64,000 nt of DNA, taken from NCBI RefSeq assembly GCF_009834535.1, contig NC_045700.1:70928001-70992000 (forward strand), in the 5' to 3' direction. The stretch is from Camelus ferus (taxonomy: Eukaryota). Positions 1 to 12,446 of the stretch are shown in pieces; position 1 is the first letter of the stretch, and every line of letters starts with the position of its first letter. A program made the position numbers and the translations under genes. Under the pieces are notes generated by a model that was not told where the DNA came from, made no database searches, and worked only from the letters and a program-made list of their open reading frames with translations.

Positions 1-592
1 TTTAAAACATTGACAACTAATTAAAAACCATGTGGGCTTTTAAACAAACCTTGTAATGTCTGTCTTTTTTTTTTTTTTTTTTTGGCTTCTATGAGCCATC
101 CATTGGATTTACCAACTAAAACAAGTTTGCCATTATGAAGATCTAAATTTCAGAATATGGAATGGTAGGGAAAATTCTGCCGTGAGAAAATAGAACGTAG
201 AGAAAGGTAATCTCCTATGACACATGCTCCTCCTGAATCTGGAGAATTTGGTTTTCCTCCAGGGCAGGGAACATGCACAAATCTCTATTATATAACCACC
301 CTCCTGGGGATCTGGAAGGCCCTTAAAGGAATAATTAGTGCTGAAGTAAAGGGCTTAGCTTCTATTTCATGGCTATTAAATCAAGATATAAGAAACTCTG
401 GGGAAACTTTATCCTATCCAAATAGCCCAATTAACCTGATATCTTTAGAACCATTGCCAAAAGCAAATAGAAGGCAAGGCCAAGGGGCCTGGCTGTCTGA
501 GGATGAGGAGGTTTGATTAGTTCTCATAACTGCAGCTGGCCTGAGCTTTAAGGCAAACACAGACACGGCCAAGGCCTTGTTCAAAAGGGTCC

Positions 593-650
593 AGTTCTTT
601 CGTAGGTAGGTGAGCAGAGTGACTTCAGGGTCCGCATTCCTCTCTATCAC
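593..650 (-). CDS. AOX2: AOX2 (AOX3L1) exon 2 (58 nt): VIERNADPEVTLLTYLRKN; donor site non-canonical
   Basis: tgcag acceptor and conserved translation; the following bases are GGACCCTTTT, a degenerate U12 donor. Confidence 0.85.
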
Positions 651-968
651 CTGCATTAGAAACAGCAAAGAGATTGTGATGGGGGTAGAATGGGTGACCC
701 AGTGGCATGCCCGCGTGGTTTACTAACTGGGGTATAATATTAGGCCTGAAAGCAAACAGCTTTTACATAAATTCACAGAGCAGGAGAATCACCGCACAAC
801 TGTGCCACAACGCTCTTATCTGTGACTAGAGCTGGGAACCACTGCTGTGTGAAGATGCCGACGGCAGGTATACTGTTCATGTTCGCTCCACTATCTAATT
901 TTGTGGAATCTTCCAACCCAGTTTTTTACACTTTTGAAATATTTCCAACAGGAGAGGGACTTGGATGC

Positions 969-1004
<36 letters not shown>

Positions 1005-1023
1005 TATGTGTGTACGTGTGTGA

Positions 1024-1056
<33 letters not shown>
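969..1056 (+). repeat. Compound (TG)n microsatellite in AOX2 intron 1
   Basis: Direct observation. Confidence 0.97.
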
Positions 1057-2826
1057 AAAGTTCCTTGAGGGAAGAGAGCTGAATAGGAAGGGTTTCTATT
1101 CTGGCATCTCTGAGACACCTCGCTTGGTAACATCAGGGATCCAAAGAGTTGGTGGCAGAAAGGGGAGGTAGGGGGAGTTGCTGCGTTCTGGCGTGCTCCC
1201 CGAGTGTGCCAGCCACCACCCCGCTCATCACAGCAGAGTGGCCAATGGTGAGCCTTGTGGCCCCACCTCAGGACCCAGGGCAGCTCTGGAGGAACCCTAG
1301 AATTCCTCTCTCCCTCACTTTGCAAAGTGGGGGATTTAGCATCTAAAGCCATGGAGAGACCTTCTTTGGTGCTTCTTTCCCATTTGCTTATTTCCTTTGA
1401 CTTTGTCTTTGGGTGTCCTTCAAACACCTTCAGCCACTCTGCTGAATCAGAGGAAAGAAAGCTACAACGGGCTATTCATGTGAGGTTCTTCCTTTCTCCC
1501 CAGAAGAAAAACAGATGTGTGTGGACCTCAAAGAATAAAAAGTACAGAAAGATGCTTCCGAGTTGAAATATTACAATTCAGCTGCTCCTGGATCTCTGGG
1601 GGGTTCTTATCACTGAAAGAAGGAGACCTCCTCTGCCTGCCCTTACTTCCGCCCCAGGTCCTTTAAAAGCATTTAATGAGAATGTGGTTGGATAACATTT
1701 TTATTATCTAGTTGACTCCATCCCCACCACACAACCTGTGTTTTCTCTAACCTTGACTTCTTCCCTGTTCTGGCTGCAACCACTTCATTCTAGGGCTCAT
1801 GACTCGGGTGGGATGTAGAATAGAAACTAGAGGAAGGAGCCTCCAAAGCCTCGGCCAGTGGAATAACTGAGTAATGATGGTCAATCCTGGAAGGACATAG
1901 GGGGCCGTGGAGACTGGATATAGGAGAGAGAACAGAAGGGAGAACAGAAGGGATGGGCACATAGAGGCTCTGTGCTTCCATGGGCCAAACCCCCATGAGG
2001 GACAGGGGTGAGGCCTCATGACCAAATCCCACTTAGGTCTACGGGATCAGAAGGCTGAGGGGCCCTGGAGGAGAGGTGACAAGACCCCGGAGAAGCCGCA
2101 TATCGTGGAGCTAGAGAATGGTTCCCTGGAGAGACTCAGGAGAGGAACGGGCCGGGCAGAGGGCACTGCAGGTTAACAAGTGGCTGTGTGGACAGATGGT
2201 GAGGGCTGGCGGAGAGAATGCCAGGGAAGTGTCGTGGAAGGAACTTAACTGCAATTCAGGGAAAGAGAGGGCTGGAAATTGACCGCAATTACATTTCAGC
2301 TAATTCTGAAGAAAGCAAACTCAACAGAAAAATTAAGTTCATAAACAGAAAAATAAAGAATCCTCCATTTCTTGTCCTCCTGAGATATGTTACTGGAATA
2401 GCATGCTTCTGGAATATCAGGCCCAGTGCTAAGGGCTCAGAGCATTTAAGAGGTTCCTAATCAGTGAAACAAGCGTCTCTCTTTTAATCTTTACAACGGC
2501 CATAGGAAGTGGATTCTAAAGATGTGTGTTCTGAGGCTCAGGGAGATGAGGTAACTTGCAGAACATCATACAGTAACCAGAAGAGCTGGATTGGAACCAA
2601 GGCTGTCTGACACCAAAGCACCTTGATTAACCCCAATGCTTTAGTTCCTCCCCGCATTCCCAGAGGCCGAGCCCCAGCTGAGTGGAGGACAGGACAAATA
2701 AGCCTGGTTCCCGGTCCCTGGCTTCTTGTCCGTGACTGGAGGGGTCTCAACACAAACGGGCCACAAGTGTACTAGAAGTTTCCTGTTGTCTCTGCAAACC
2801 ATGGTAGTAACACCCAACACACTTAC

Positions 2827-2880
2827 CTTCCTCCCATTCACAAAGAAAACCAACTCATCCGATCTCGATGGGCAAGGCAT
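2827..2880 (-). CDS. AOX2: AOX2 (AOX3L1) exon 1 coding part: MPCPSRSDELVFFVNGRK
   Basis: ATG, conserved FFVNGRK, aag|gtaagt donor. Paralogue assigned from the MPCP N-terminus and its position directly after AOX4. Confidence 0.85.
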
Positions 2881-3499
2881 TGCCCCTGTAAATAAGTTTC
2901 GCCTTACAGCTCTGGGTGGAAATGCTCCTTGGCACCAGCCGCTGGAATGAGCAGAAAGGATTTAGGTCCAAGCAACTGAAATCTCTCCCTGTGTGACAGG
3001 GAGGCAGACAGCTTGGCGCCCCAGAGAGCAGGACAGCAGATGGAGACTCCCTTGCTTCGTGGCCTTTTAAGTCTAGGGCACCTGAGTGGCCCGGCCTCCT
3101 CCTCGTGTCTCACTTTGCCTCCCACCAATCTCGGCTTCGAAGCTTGCTCGGTGAATGGCCCACACCCCTTCCTGCATCGTCGGAAGCTACAGGGCTTCAG
3201 TGTGAAAACTATAAGCAACCTTCTAAACTTAAACCCACTCTGCACACTGCCTTGGCCCCAGGAATATGTCCTGGATGGACTTCCTCCTTCTCAAAGAGAG
3301 CTAGCGGTGTGCTTTCTGAGAACTCTTGCTCTTCCCAATGTTTCCCTTATTCTATCTGCAGAGATGTTTCCTTGTGGAAGTCGTATGGATAATCTGGTCT
3401 GTGCCCTGCAGTGGAGGTGGGGGTGTTGCATCCACCTAGCCCCTCGATGCCCTTCGCACTTCCCCCTGCCCATGGGATTATTCCACTGGAAAACTGTGA

Positions 3500-3620
3500 T
3501 CTAGTCAAGTCAACCACTTTACAGATAAGTAAACAGGGGCTCAGGTAGGTGAGATCAGTAGCTCAGGGTCACAAAGATAGTAAATGGCAAAATGGGAATT
3601 AGAACCAAGCTCCCCTGGCT
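3500..3620 (-). mobile_element. MIR
   Basis: ctttacagataagtaaacaggggctcag core. Confidence 0.7.
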
Positions 3621-4623
3621 TGAAACACCTGTAAGTGTATAGATAGATGCATTAATTTAAAAAATCTCATTTTTGATCTGTTCGAAGCTCTCCAGTTGGG
3701 TATCTGTAATGTCCAGGGCTGGCTTCCCAGGTGGGTGAAGGCAGCTGCCCATGTGGTCTGGTTTCAGGAGAGACAAGACCTCTCTGATCACCAGCACTTC
3801 CTGGCACCCTGTCAGCAGTCAGCCCCTTACCTTAAGGTGAACTCCCTGGGCGGCAACGCCTCAGGTCAGAGACGACCACGACCTGGCGCCCTCCTGACCT
3901 GGCTGACTGAGGAAGAGCCTCTTTCCCGCTTGGTCCAGGTGTGACAGCAGAATCCCTCCCCGCAGGGCTGTTGCAGAAAACACTCCTGATCAAATGGAGT
4001 TGGAAGCTGCCAACTCTTTACGGTCCTAATTCCTGGGTCCTGGACGGCTGCTTCCTACACCCACAGAGATGAGTGTTTACACCCACGTGCCTTCATCTGG
4101 GTGTGTACATGGTGTCTCACACGTGTTAAAATGTTGTTGAATAAATCCACAACAGGGTCATGAGAGAAGTTGGAGGTCACACTGTGAATTAGATAGGACC
4201 TTCAGGTCAGCCTTTTTGATCTTGACACTCTTTGATGCTTTTGTTAAAAGTACCCCCAGCAGCCCTCCGAGGCCTGGAGCACAAGGTCCAAACTCCTCAC
4301 CCCAGGTGCAAAGCCCTCCATGACCTGTCCCTGTTTCTGGCCTCAGACTGTCTTGCTCTTCAGAAAAATCTCCCGATCTAAACAAACTATCCTCTCATCG
4401 TCATTCTTCTGCTTAAACCTGGCATTTCTCTCCTTGGAACCTTCCAGTGGCCCCCACTGCACTTAGCAAAACCCCATGAGCTTTCTGGGGAGTGATGCCG
4501 ACCACAGAGTAAATACCCAATGAGAACTGGCTAAGTGACTGAAGAAGGCTCTTCCATGTCTGCAATTGTAGCTACCCTACGCCTGTCCCACAGTCACTTC
4601 CTACCCTACCCTTTTCTTTGCTT

Positions 4624-4695
4624 TTTAAAAAATTTTTTATTGAAGTGTAGTTGATTTACAGTGTTGGTTTCAGGTGTACAGCAGATTCAGTTATA
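4624..4695 (-). mobile_element. Short lineage-specific L1 3' end
   Basis: ttttattgaagtgtagttgatttacagtgttggtttcaggtgtacag. Confidence 0.7.
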
Positions 4696-5034
4696 AACCT
4701 CCCCTCTTCTTTATCTACCATCAAAAAGTAGCATCAAACCTCCCTTCTCTCCTTTCTCTCAATTTCAAAAGCATCTGCAGATCCAATCAATTGCTTCTTT
4801 ACTTTTCATTCCATGAACCAAGAACCAGGAAACTAGTCTCTAATCTACCAATAATTGTTGGCTGTCTTTTCTATGTTTTTTTCTCCTTTTTCTCAGTTAG
4901 GGAATACACTCCTGAAGGTTAAATAGCTAGTTGTATTCTCCACCATATTCAGCCTGAATGACAACTTGTTCATTGCAGGGGTTAATGGACGCTTGAAGGG
5001 TTACCTGCAATACTTTAAATGTGGAGGCATCAGT

Positions 5035-5230
5035 GATCATTCATTCACTTGCTCAGTTGTTATTAGGCATCTGTCTTGTGCCAGGCTCCATGCTAAGCGG
5101 TAGAGGCACAGTGGAAAACCGTATCTCCAAGGAGTTTATGGTTAGTAAGAGAGACAATTAATATGTAATTAAATATTTACCATTGTGAGAAGCACAGAAC
5201 AGGGAAATTAGCTTTGTTTGGGGAGAGGGA
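5035..5230 (-). mobile_element. L2 3' end
   Basis: tcattcattcac...tgtgccaggc motif. Confidence 0.6.
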
Positions 5231-6689
5231 CCGGAGAAAGCCGCCCCAAGGAAGAGGCATCTAGGCTTGTAAGGTGACTAGGGGCTGATTCTGAGAGAAC
5301 TGGGAATGGATGGGAGGCAGGCTGGGGAGGAGGGAAAGTGGCGGGGGTGGGGAGACCCAGTCCTTCTCCCGGCTGCTTCCACGTAGGGCAAAACCGATTC
5401 AGCGGTTGTTTTTAAGGGTCCACAGTCTTTTCACCATCTCTTGCTGTCCTTTAAAACAGAGCAGCAAGTGAGCACAAAGAACACGATTCCCATTTACAGG
5501 AGCACAGACGTTGGCAATGAAAAGCATGAATCATGGTGTTTCAAAATGTTTACAGGAATAAGTCCTTCAGCGTCCACGTAAAGCACAAGCATTTAATGTA
5601 GAAGATCAGTATTAGAGCACCAAGGTCGGATTATGGGATTAGAGTTGGAGGATATAAATACTTTGGATTAGGGAACCAAATACATTAATTGCTGGGAAAC
5701 TGACCTTGAATGACTTTAAAGAAGTGTTTTTCAAACTTGTTTCAGCCAGGGAAACTTTTGTTTGTATGATATCTTGTGAAATGCAAACAAATTTAATAAA
5801 AGGTCATGGCTTAGCCCAGAGGACTGGAGTGAGGCCTGACGCCCTCTGGTTTTCCCTCCTTCTGAAACCTCCAGGGCTCCAGGGAACTGAGTCTAAAAAT
5901 CACTCACTGCTGAGTGAGCAAAGGTTGTTCATGGTATGAAAGTAGGCGGCTGTCTCTGCCAACTTTTTCTGATTCTAAGATCTTATTTAAGACAATGGGA
6001 AAAAAGCAACCACTGCTTTTTAAAAAAAAATAATGAAAAGAGAATATTGAATTTCTTCACCTTTAAATGGATTGTTCTTATGAATGAGAGAAATGCCACA
6101 TATATTGACCCAGGTGCTTATATGTTTGTTATTAAAAAAAAAGGGTCTTATGAGTTACATCAAAGAATTCCTGTTATCCAATTAAAGAATTAATATTGGA
6201 AATGACACTGTCCTCCCCAACAACTTAAACAAACCTATTTCTGGAAAAAAACTGTAACAAGTCTGGCCCGCTGATGTAGATGGAAAAGCGCTGGCCACCA
6301 CTTCTGTGTCCCCGGGGTGCTGCCTTCTGTTGTGAGTTCTTCAAAATTCAAAGACGAACACAGGCTCACAGACTGACAATGGACACTTTTTACAACCCCT
6401 GCGTTGGTCATTAAATGACCTTGGGTTGGTCATTACATGTCTACATTCCAGACCCTCCATTCTCAACCTCTTTGACTGTGAGGCCCCTTCCCTTCCTCTC
6501 CCAGCTCTAATCTTCCAGCCTCTGCTGAGCCAGGCAGCTGTGGGGCTTTCGGGAAGCTGGGCACCAGCGAGGCCTGGGACTGTGTGCAGGAGGTCTTCCA
6601 GGCTAGGGGAGAGCCTGGAAATCCGCACCTTGAAATCTGTGAATCTGGAGGAGAGGTGGTCCTTTAGGGTGCTGGTGGGACGTGGAGGA

Positions 6690-6870
6690 AAAGTTCTGCT
6701 GCCTTGGCCTGAGACTTCTGGTCTCCAGAACTATAAGAAATAAATGTTTGTGTTGTAAATTGACTACACTTCAATAAAAAAATAAGAATCAAAAAAAGGA
6801 AATAAATGTTTGTTGTTTATAAGCTACCGAGTCTGTGGTATTTTGTTACAGGCCCCCGTGGACTAAGGCA
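6690..6870 (+). mobile_element. MLT1 LTR 3' part, interrupted by a tiny L1 3'-end insertion
   Basis: gacttctggtctccagaact...tgtggtattttgttacag...gactaaggca. Confidence 0.75.
6752..6798 (+). mobile_element. Extremely 5'-truncated L1 3' end with A-rich tail
   Basis: ttgtaaattgactacacttcaataaaaaa resembles the L1 ends at 4624, 48169 and 59095; perfect 15-bp TSD. Confidence 0.65.
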
Positions 6871-7679
6871 ACCCCCACCCCCAGGAATTTCTCAAGGAAA
6901 ATAACCAATCAACCAACTAACAATCAATTCAGTAGTTGGAGGCAGATTGGAGTCATGTGTCTACAAGCAAGGGGACACCAAGGAGTGCTGCCAACCCCCA
7001 CCAGCTTGGGAGAGACAGGGAAGCCCAGATTAGTGACTGAGAAAACAAAGTGCAGTATACATATCGAAGCACAGAGTAAAGCCATACAGAAGCAGCAATC
7101 ATGAAAGGCAAAGTAAGAGACTTGGAGCCTAGATGCAAGAGATAAAGCATGGAGAATGGGACAGCGAAAGGAGCAAACGGCATAGACAAAGGAGAAGCAA
7201 CCGTTACACACTTGAAGACACTTTGACCTGAAGGGATATCTGATTCTAGAGATTAGAATTGCTCCTCAAGTTCCAGACTGGGCTGAAGACAGAGGACACC
7301 CATCTGACATCACCTGACATCATTTTTGAACTCTGAGGAGGGAAAGAAAGAAAAAGACAGCTGGGCATCAAACTTGTCGCTGCCGCAGTGGACGCTAGAG
7401 GGCAGGAGACCAGCAGCTGCAGGTTTTGGAGAGGAGAGAAGGGCGATGGAGACCCTGTCGCTGGAGCTAAGCACCCTCTTCCCACCAGGATAACAGACCA
7501 TCTCACCTGAGGAGAAGGATCAAACAGGACCAACCCCAATAAGAAAGGAAATGAGGAGAGGAAGTCTAAATCATAGTAATATATAACATATATTATATAA
7601 TTTGTTATATATTATATATAACTAGATAGAAAATTAAAAATTTTAAATAATTACAAGATATAGAAATAGAAGAAATCTT

Positions 7680-8990
7680 ACCCCTTAAAAATAATGACTA
7701 CTAGATTAGATCAGAAAAACGCCCAAAACCTAGATATGTATTATATAAGAAACATATTTAAAGTGATAAAGATGAAATATAGTTGGGTCAAAGAGATAAC
7801 AGCCAAATGTAAACAAGACAACTTATTGTGGGTGAGAATGGAAAAGATGAACGCTCTATCACTGAACAAAGCACCTGAACAAATGAATTTACAGATGAGT
7901 TTTATGTAATCATTAAGGTAATGCCAATGCTATCTACACACTCCCAGGTCATTTACAGTGGAAATTCTCCCCAGTTCATCTTATAAACCTAGTAAAAATT
8001 TGATAGCAAAACCCAACACAGACAGTACAAAAAATTGTGGAACATAGATATAAAAATTCTAAATAAAATGCTACCAAATAGAATCCAGCAGTGTATCAAG
8101 AGATAATACACCAAGTAAGGTTTGTTTCTGAAACACAAATGTGGTTCAATATCAGAAATTTATCAGATTTTAAAACTTAACTTAGTTTGTTACATCAAGA
8201 AAATAAAGAATGACAACTAATCAAATCAATAGGTGATGTTAAGTTACTTTATAAAATTCAGCAGCCATTCCTAAGAAAACCTCTAAATCAGAACAGGAAG
8301 AAACTAATAAGAGTATTTACAAAAACCAATAATTAATATATAATAATAATAATATTGCAGGCAAAAAAAATTTTGGTTATTGTCAGGGATTAGGTAGGGA
8401 TGCCCTTTCTTTCCATAACTGGATAACTTTGCCTTGGAGGTTATAACAGATGTAGTTAAATAACAGAAAACTGAAATAACACGCATAAGTTGATATAAAC
8501 ATTGGAAGATAAGAAAACTAGATGTAGTTATTGGATGTAACATAAATATTGAAAAAATAATAGTTTTTCTTACTATGTAAATACACACAAAAATGAAAGT
8601 AGAAAAATTTCCATTCACAGTAGTTTCAAGACATAGAATATTTAAAAATGAATTCAACTAAAAAATTTAAAAAGTATAGGATCTACACATGAAACAAAAT
8701 CTACACAAGTGGAAAGACATATAATGGTCTTAGATGCAAAGTCAATATAGTAGAGTCTCAAAATTAATAAATAAATTTAATACAGTTCAAATTAGAATCG
8801 CACCTAGGTTTTTAGGGGAAGACCAAATCACTAAGAGGAATGTGAAAAATAACAATGAGGGAGAACTTGCCATGGTCTTAAATTGCTAGGTTGTTCATAT
8901 AAGGATAGAACAAGTAGTGGAACTGATGAAAGAATCTAAAAATAGATCCCAGTATATATGTGAATTTAATAAATGACAAAGAGATAGTAT
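7680..8990 (+). mobile_element. Old L1 ORF2 fragments
   Basis: A-rich, degenerate L1 RT-like segments (aaatagaatccagcag, tggttcaatatcagaaa). Confidence 0.7.
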
Positions 8991-9589
8991 CTTATGGTGT
9001 ATTCCCTAGCAAGTGAATTAACTGATTGATCTGAGGAGCAAAGTTCTTTGACTATAATTTTTGGGAAAGGTTGGATATAAAATATTACAATGAACACTTG
9101 TAAGTCATTTCCATGACTTCTGGGGATAAATTTGTGCTTTCTTATAATACTTCTTATATCCTTACATCTGTCATCCCAGGCCCAGAGTTCTAGAGCTCTG
9201 AAGAAAATCTTATCTTCCGGAACACTTCTACACAGTCACTTATTTATTCAGAACAAATCAACTCTCTTGACCTAGTTATCAAATCCAGATAATAAAACTC
9301 AGGTAAGAGGCTTTTTTCCTGAGGTTTTATTTGTAATTCATAACAGCGTCTGGCACACAGTGTGCTGATAACTGAATTTAATCAAATTCATTTGAACAAG
9401 GAAGGAAAGCATACAGCAAACATATAACATGGGATTTCTGGGGCCAGTGCTGACTTAAAATATTAAAATGTTACTTATATATATGTAAATTGTGAATTTC
9501 TTTGACTGTAAAATCATTCTTTTCTATAACGGCAGTTCACCCAGTGTATAACAGTGTGAATTGTTATTTATACCATGTAAGATCTGCAT

Positions 9590-10060
9590 ATTAGTAAATG
9601 CACCAGTCAGGAAGGATCGCTTGGATAGATCTCCGTGGGAGACTGGAGGTGAGCTGCCGCAGTTCCCGCTGGAGGAGGGACTTGCCCCCACCCACCCACC
9701 CAGGGCTGTCAGCATATGGTCTCCAGTTGTCAGTGCCCTCGGAGTCTGTCGTGGGGCAGAGGAGCCTCCTTCTTCAAGGTCAAGCTTTTCCGGGGGCAGG
9801 CCCGTGGGGGACTGAGTCACATAGGGGTACACATTCCAGCCTGAGAGGGACAACTCGGTGGGGCAATGCTGGCTCCAGGGCTCCCCGTTGGGTTCCTGAT
9901 GCTTCAGGAAGGGGCGCTGGGACTGGCATCGCAGTTTGACTTCCCCCTCAGCCCAGTTCTGCTTCTTCAACCTTTCCTTATCAGATGTTGATCCCTAAGA
10001 AACATCTTGCTCCTTAAACTCTGTCTCAGCACCTGCTCCCAGAAAACTCAACCTGTGATA
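9590..10060 (+). mobile_element. ERVL-class solo LTR (LTR33/LTR16-like)
   Basis: gctggctccagggctcccc...gcccagttctgcttc...ctcaacctgtgata end motif. Confidence 0.5.
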
Positions 10061-10613
10061 CCCCGTGCTCTGACAGCATGAAGAATATGGCCAGTTTACA
10101 TCATGGAAAATATCAGGTGTGGAGAAGTTAAAGACTTTCCCTTGAAAGAAACAACATAGATATCCAAGCTTTCCTGTCCCCTTTGACCTCTCCCTCTTTT
10201 TGACACCCCACAAACCCACCCATATCTAGAACCCAAGCGCATGCACGTGTCTGCAGGGTCAAGATACAGAATGAAAATCAAATTCCTCTCCACCACTGTT
10301 AGCTCAACTCCGTTTCTCCAGTGTTTTCTAAGAAGGTGCAAAACTGTTCTGTCATAAACTTTTGGTCTGGGAGAAGTAACAGCCTAGACCTTGTGGATCC
10401 TTTAAGTTGAAAGGACAAACTACAGCAAGGGTAGCACCTGCCACATGTTATTTCTCTTCTGACAAACTTTTATTGAGCCCACAATTAAACAGTAAGGGTA
10501 AGTTTCTATGAGTAACAAGCACAGTTGTGCCCAGAATTAATAATGACCACCTGCTTTTATTATCAAAAGGGTGCTTGGCCATTTACTGGGTCCACTGGTT
10601 AAAAAGAGCATCT

Positions 10614-10720
10614 CAGTGGTAGAGTGTGTGCTTAGCATGCACAAAGTCCTGGGTTCAATTTCCAGTACCTCTACTGGAAATAAATAAATTAATTAAAACC
10701 TAATTACCTCCCCTCAAAAT
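10614..10720 (+). mobile_element. tRNA-derived SINE (vic-1-like), 5'-truncated
   Basis: cagtggtagagtgtgtgcttagcatgcac...ggttcaatt; TSD aaaaaga(g/t)catct at 10601 and 10721. Confidence 0.85.
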
Positions 10721-11209
10721 AAAAAGATCATCTCTTACACTTGTAGCACAACTATTACTGTAGTAACATTTAAAATTAAACAGACAATAACAAATATTTA
10801 TCTAAATTAGTAATATAGGTTAGGTTTATAATACAAGACACTATAAATTGTCAAATTTTAAAGGCATTAGAATAGCAATCTTATGTTTGAAACTTGTTAT
10901 TCCTAAAATGTACTATTATTATAAATTCTTCTCTAACCCCAATTGTCCAAGTTAATGAAATACTACTGAAGTGATCAGACTTATTTAGTGAAAATTCAAC
11001 TTCTGTTATCAGAGGCCCTGCCTACACAGTCTATGAAGCATAATACTTTTAAAATTAATTTATGTTTGTGATTAATGTGTCTTCCTATTTTACTGCTAGA
11101 AAAATATACCCTATTTTTACTGTTCTGTCTGGCATAGAGTTTTTGTGGCCTGGGTTCCAGGCAATCTAAACATTTAAAGATATTTAAACAGACATTTAAA
11201 GATATATGT

Positions 11210-11211
<2 letters not shown>

Positions 11212-11258
<47 letters not shown>
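11212..11258 (+). repeat. (AC)n microsatellite
   Basis: Direct observation. Confidence 0.97.
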
Positions 11259-11259
<1 letters not shown>

Positions 11260-11465
11260 TTCTCTTAGAATAAGAGACATTGACTGGTGAGCCCTTCCTT
11301 GGGAAAGAGGCCTTTCCTTTCTACTCCCAGGCTTCTCTTCTTCCAATCTGGTTTCTTTCACACACACATAAACAACGGCTACACACTTATTCTTCCACCA
11401 CAAAATTATTATTAATCGATATAGAGCTTTAATATCTAGCACACAGATCTCAACAAATGATTTAG

Positions 11466-11471
11466 TTTATT
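11466..11471 (-). terminator. Candidate AOX4 polyadenylation signal AATAAA (about 0.9 kb 3' UTR)
   Basis: First canonical AATAAA I found on the minus strand after the stop, followed by a GT-rich tract. Confidence 0.45.
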
Positions 11472-12392
11472 TGTGTTTTTAAAGCTTACAGGGGCCTGAA
11501 CATCCTCTCTGGTGTAAGACTGCCTTCCCCTGAGAAAATGCGATGTAAAATAGCTAGGAAATAACTGGAAAAGAAGCCTGAGGAGTTTGTGTCCCTTTGA
11601 TGTGGCAAAAGGAGGGTGGTGCTGATTTTACCCTTCAGACATTGAGCAAAGCAAGGGACACCAGAGTGATTTCAGATAGTTGTTTCACTCTGTGTGGTTT
11701 CCCAGACAGGGAAGACGCTGTACCAAGTGTGTGGCTCATGGCAGATGAGGACCAGCTGGAGGCTCTGGATGGTTTACTTCTCTAAGCCTCATCTGAACAG
11801 GCTGCACAGAAGCGGCAGGAACCCTAGGGTCGTGGTGGGCTTGCAGCGCTGGGGACCATGAGGGCTGATTTCGAGCATCTCTTCCAACTCTACGTTCAGA
11901 GACCTCAAGTCAGTGGCTTGGAGTTGGCCAGTGTGAGAGTATTTACTCCATGGAAACTGTCAAACACTATAAGTCATGGATTTTTCCAGGGGAGCTGGTT
12001 ATTACCAGCACACCACTGGCTTTGGGGAATGCAATCCCGAGAGTTTTCGGGGTGGACGGTTTGAAGGTAAGCAGATTTCTGTGGAACAAAGTACAAGCAG
12101 CCTCCCTTGAGTTGTTCCAAGGTAATGAAACTCCGCCATATTTTAAAACCTTAATGCTGTAGATCTTCAGGATAATGCAAATGAAAGGAAGAATTTTTGA
12201 GTCTAAGCTTCTTTATACCTTTTGGGGAAAATGTGCATCCTAAAACATAATCATGCAATGACTTAAACCACAGAGAATAATTAAAAGATGCTAGAATTAT
12301 CCATGACAATTGGGGGCAACCTATATGTTGCTCGGGTTTGAAAATTTTAAGATCAATCTTGTATTCATTCATTTTCTGAGGAAAATATAGGA

Positions 12393-12446
12393 TTAAGACA
12401 CACGGATGGACCAAGGTGTAAATGTTGAAGCATCATCCCTGGGAAT
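12393..12446 (-). CDS. AOX4: AOX4 exon 35 coding part: [17 protein letters not shown]-stop
   Basis: tttag acceptor; TAA at 12395-12393. Confidence 0.94.
   Translation of the reverse strand: MPRDDASTFTPWSIRVS

Noticed and set aside
65-83. T19 run as the tail of a processed pseudogene
   Set aside because: No recognisable body, polyadenylation signal or TSD.
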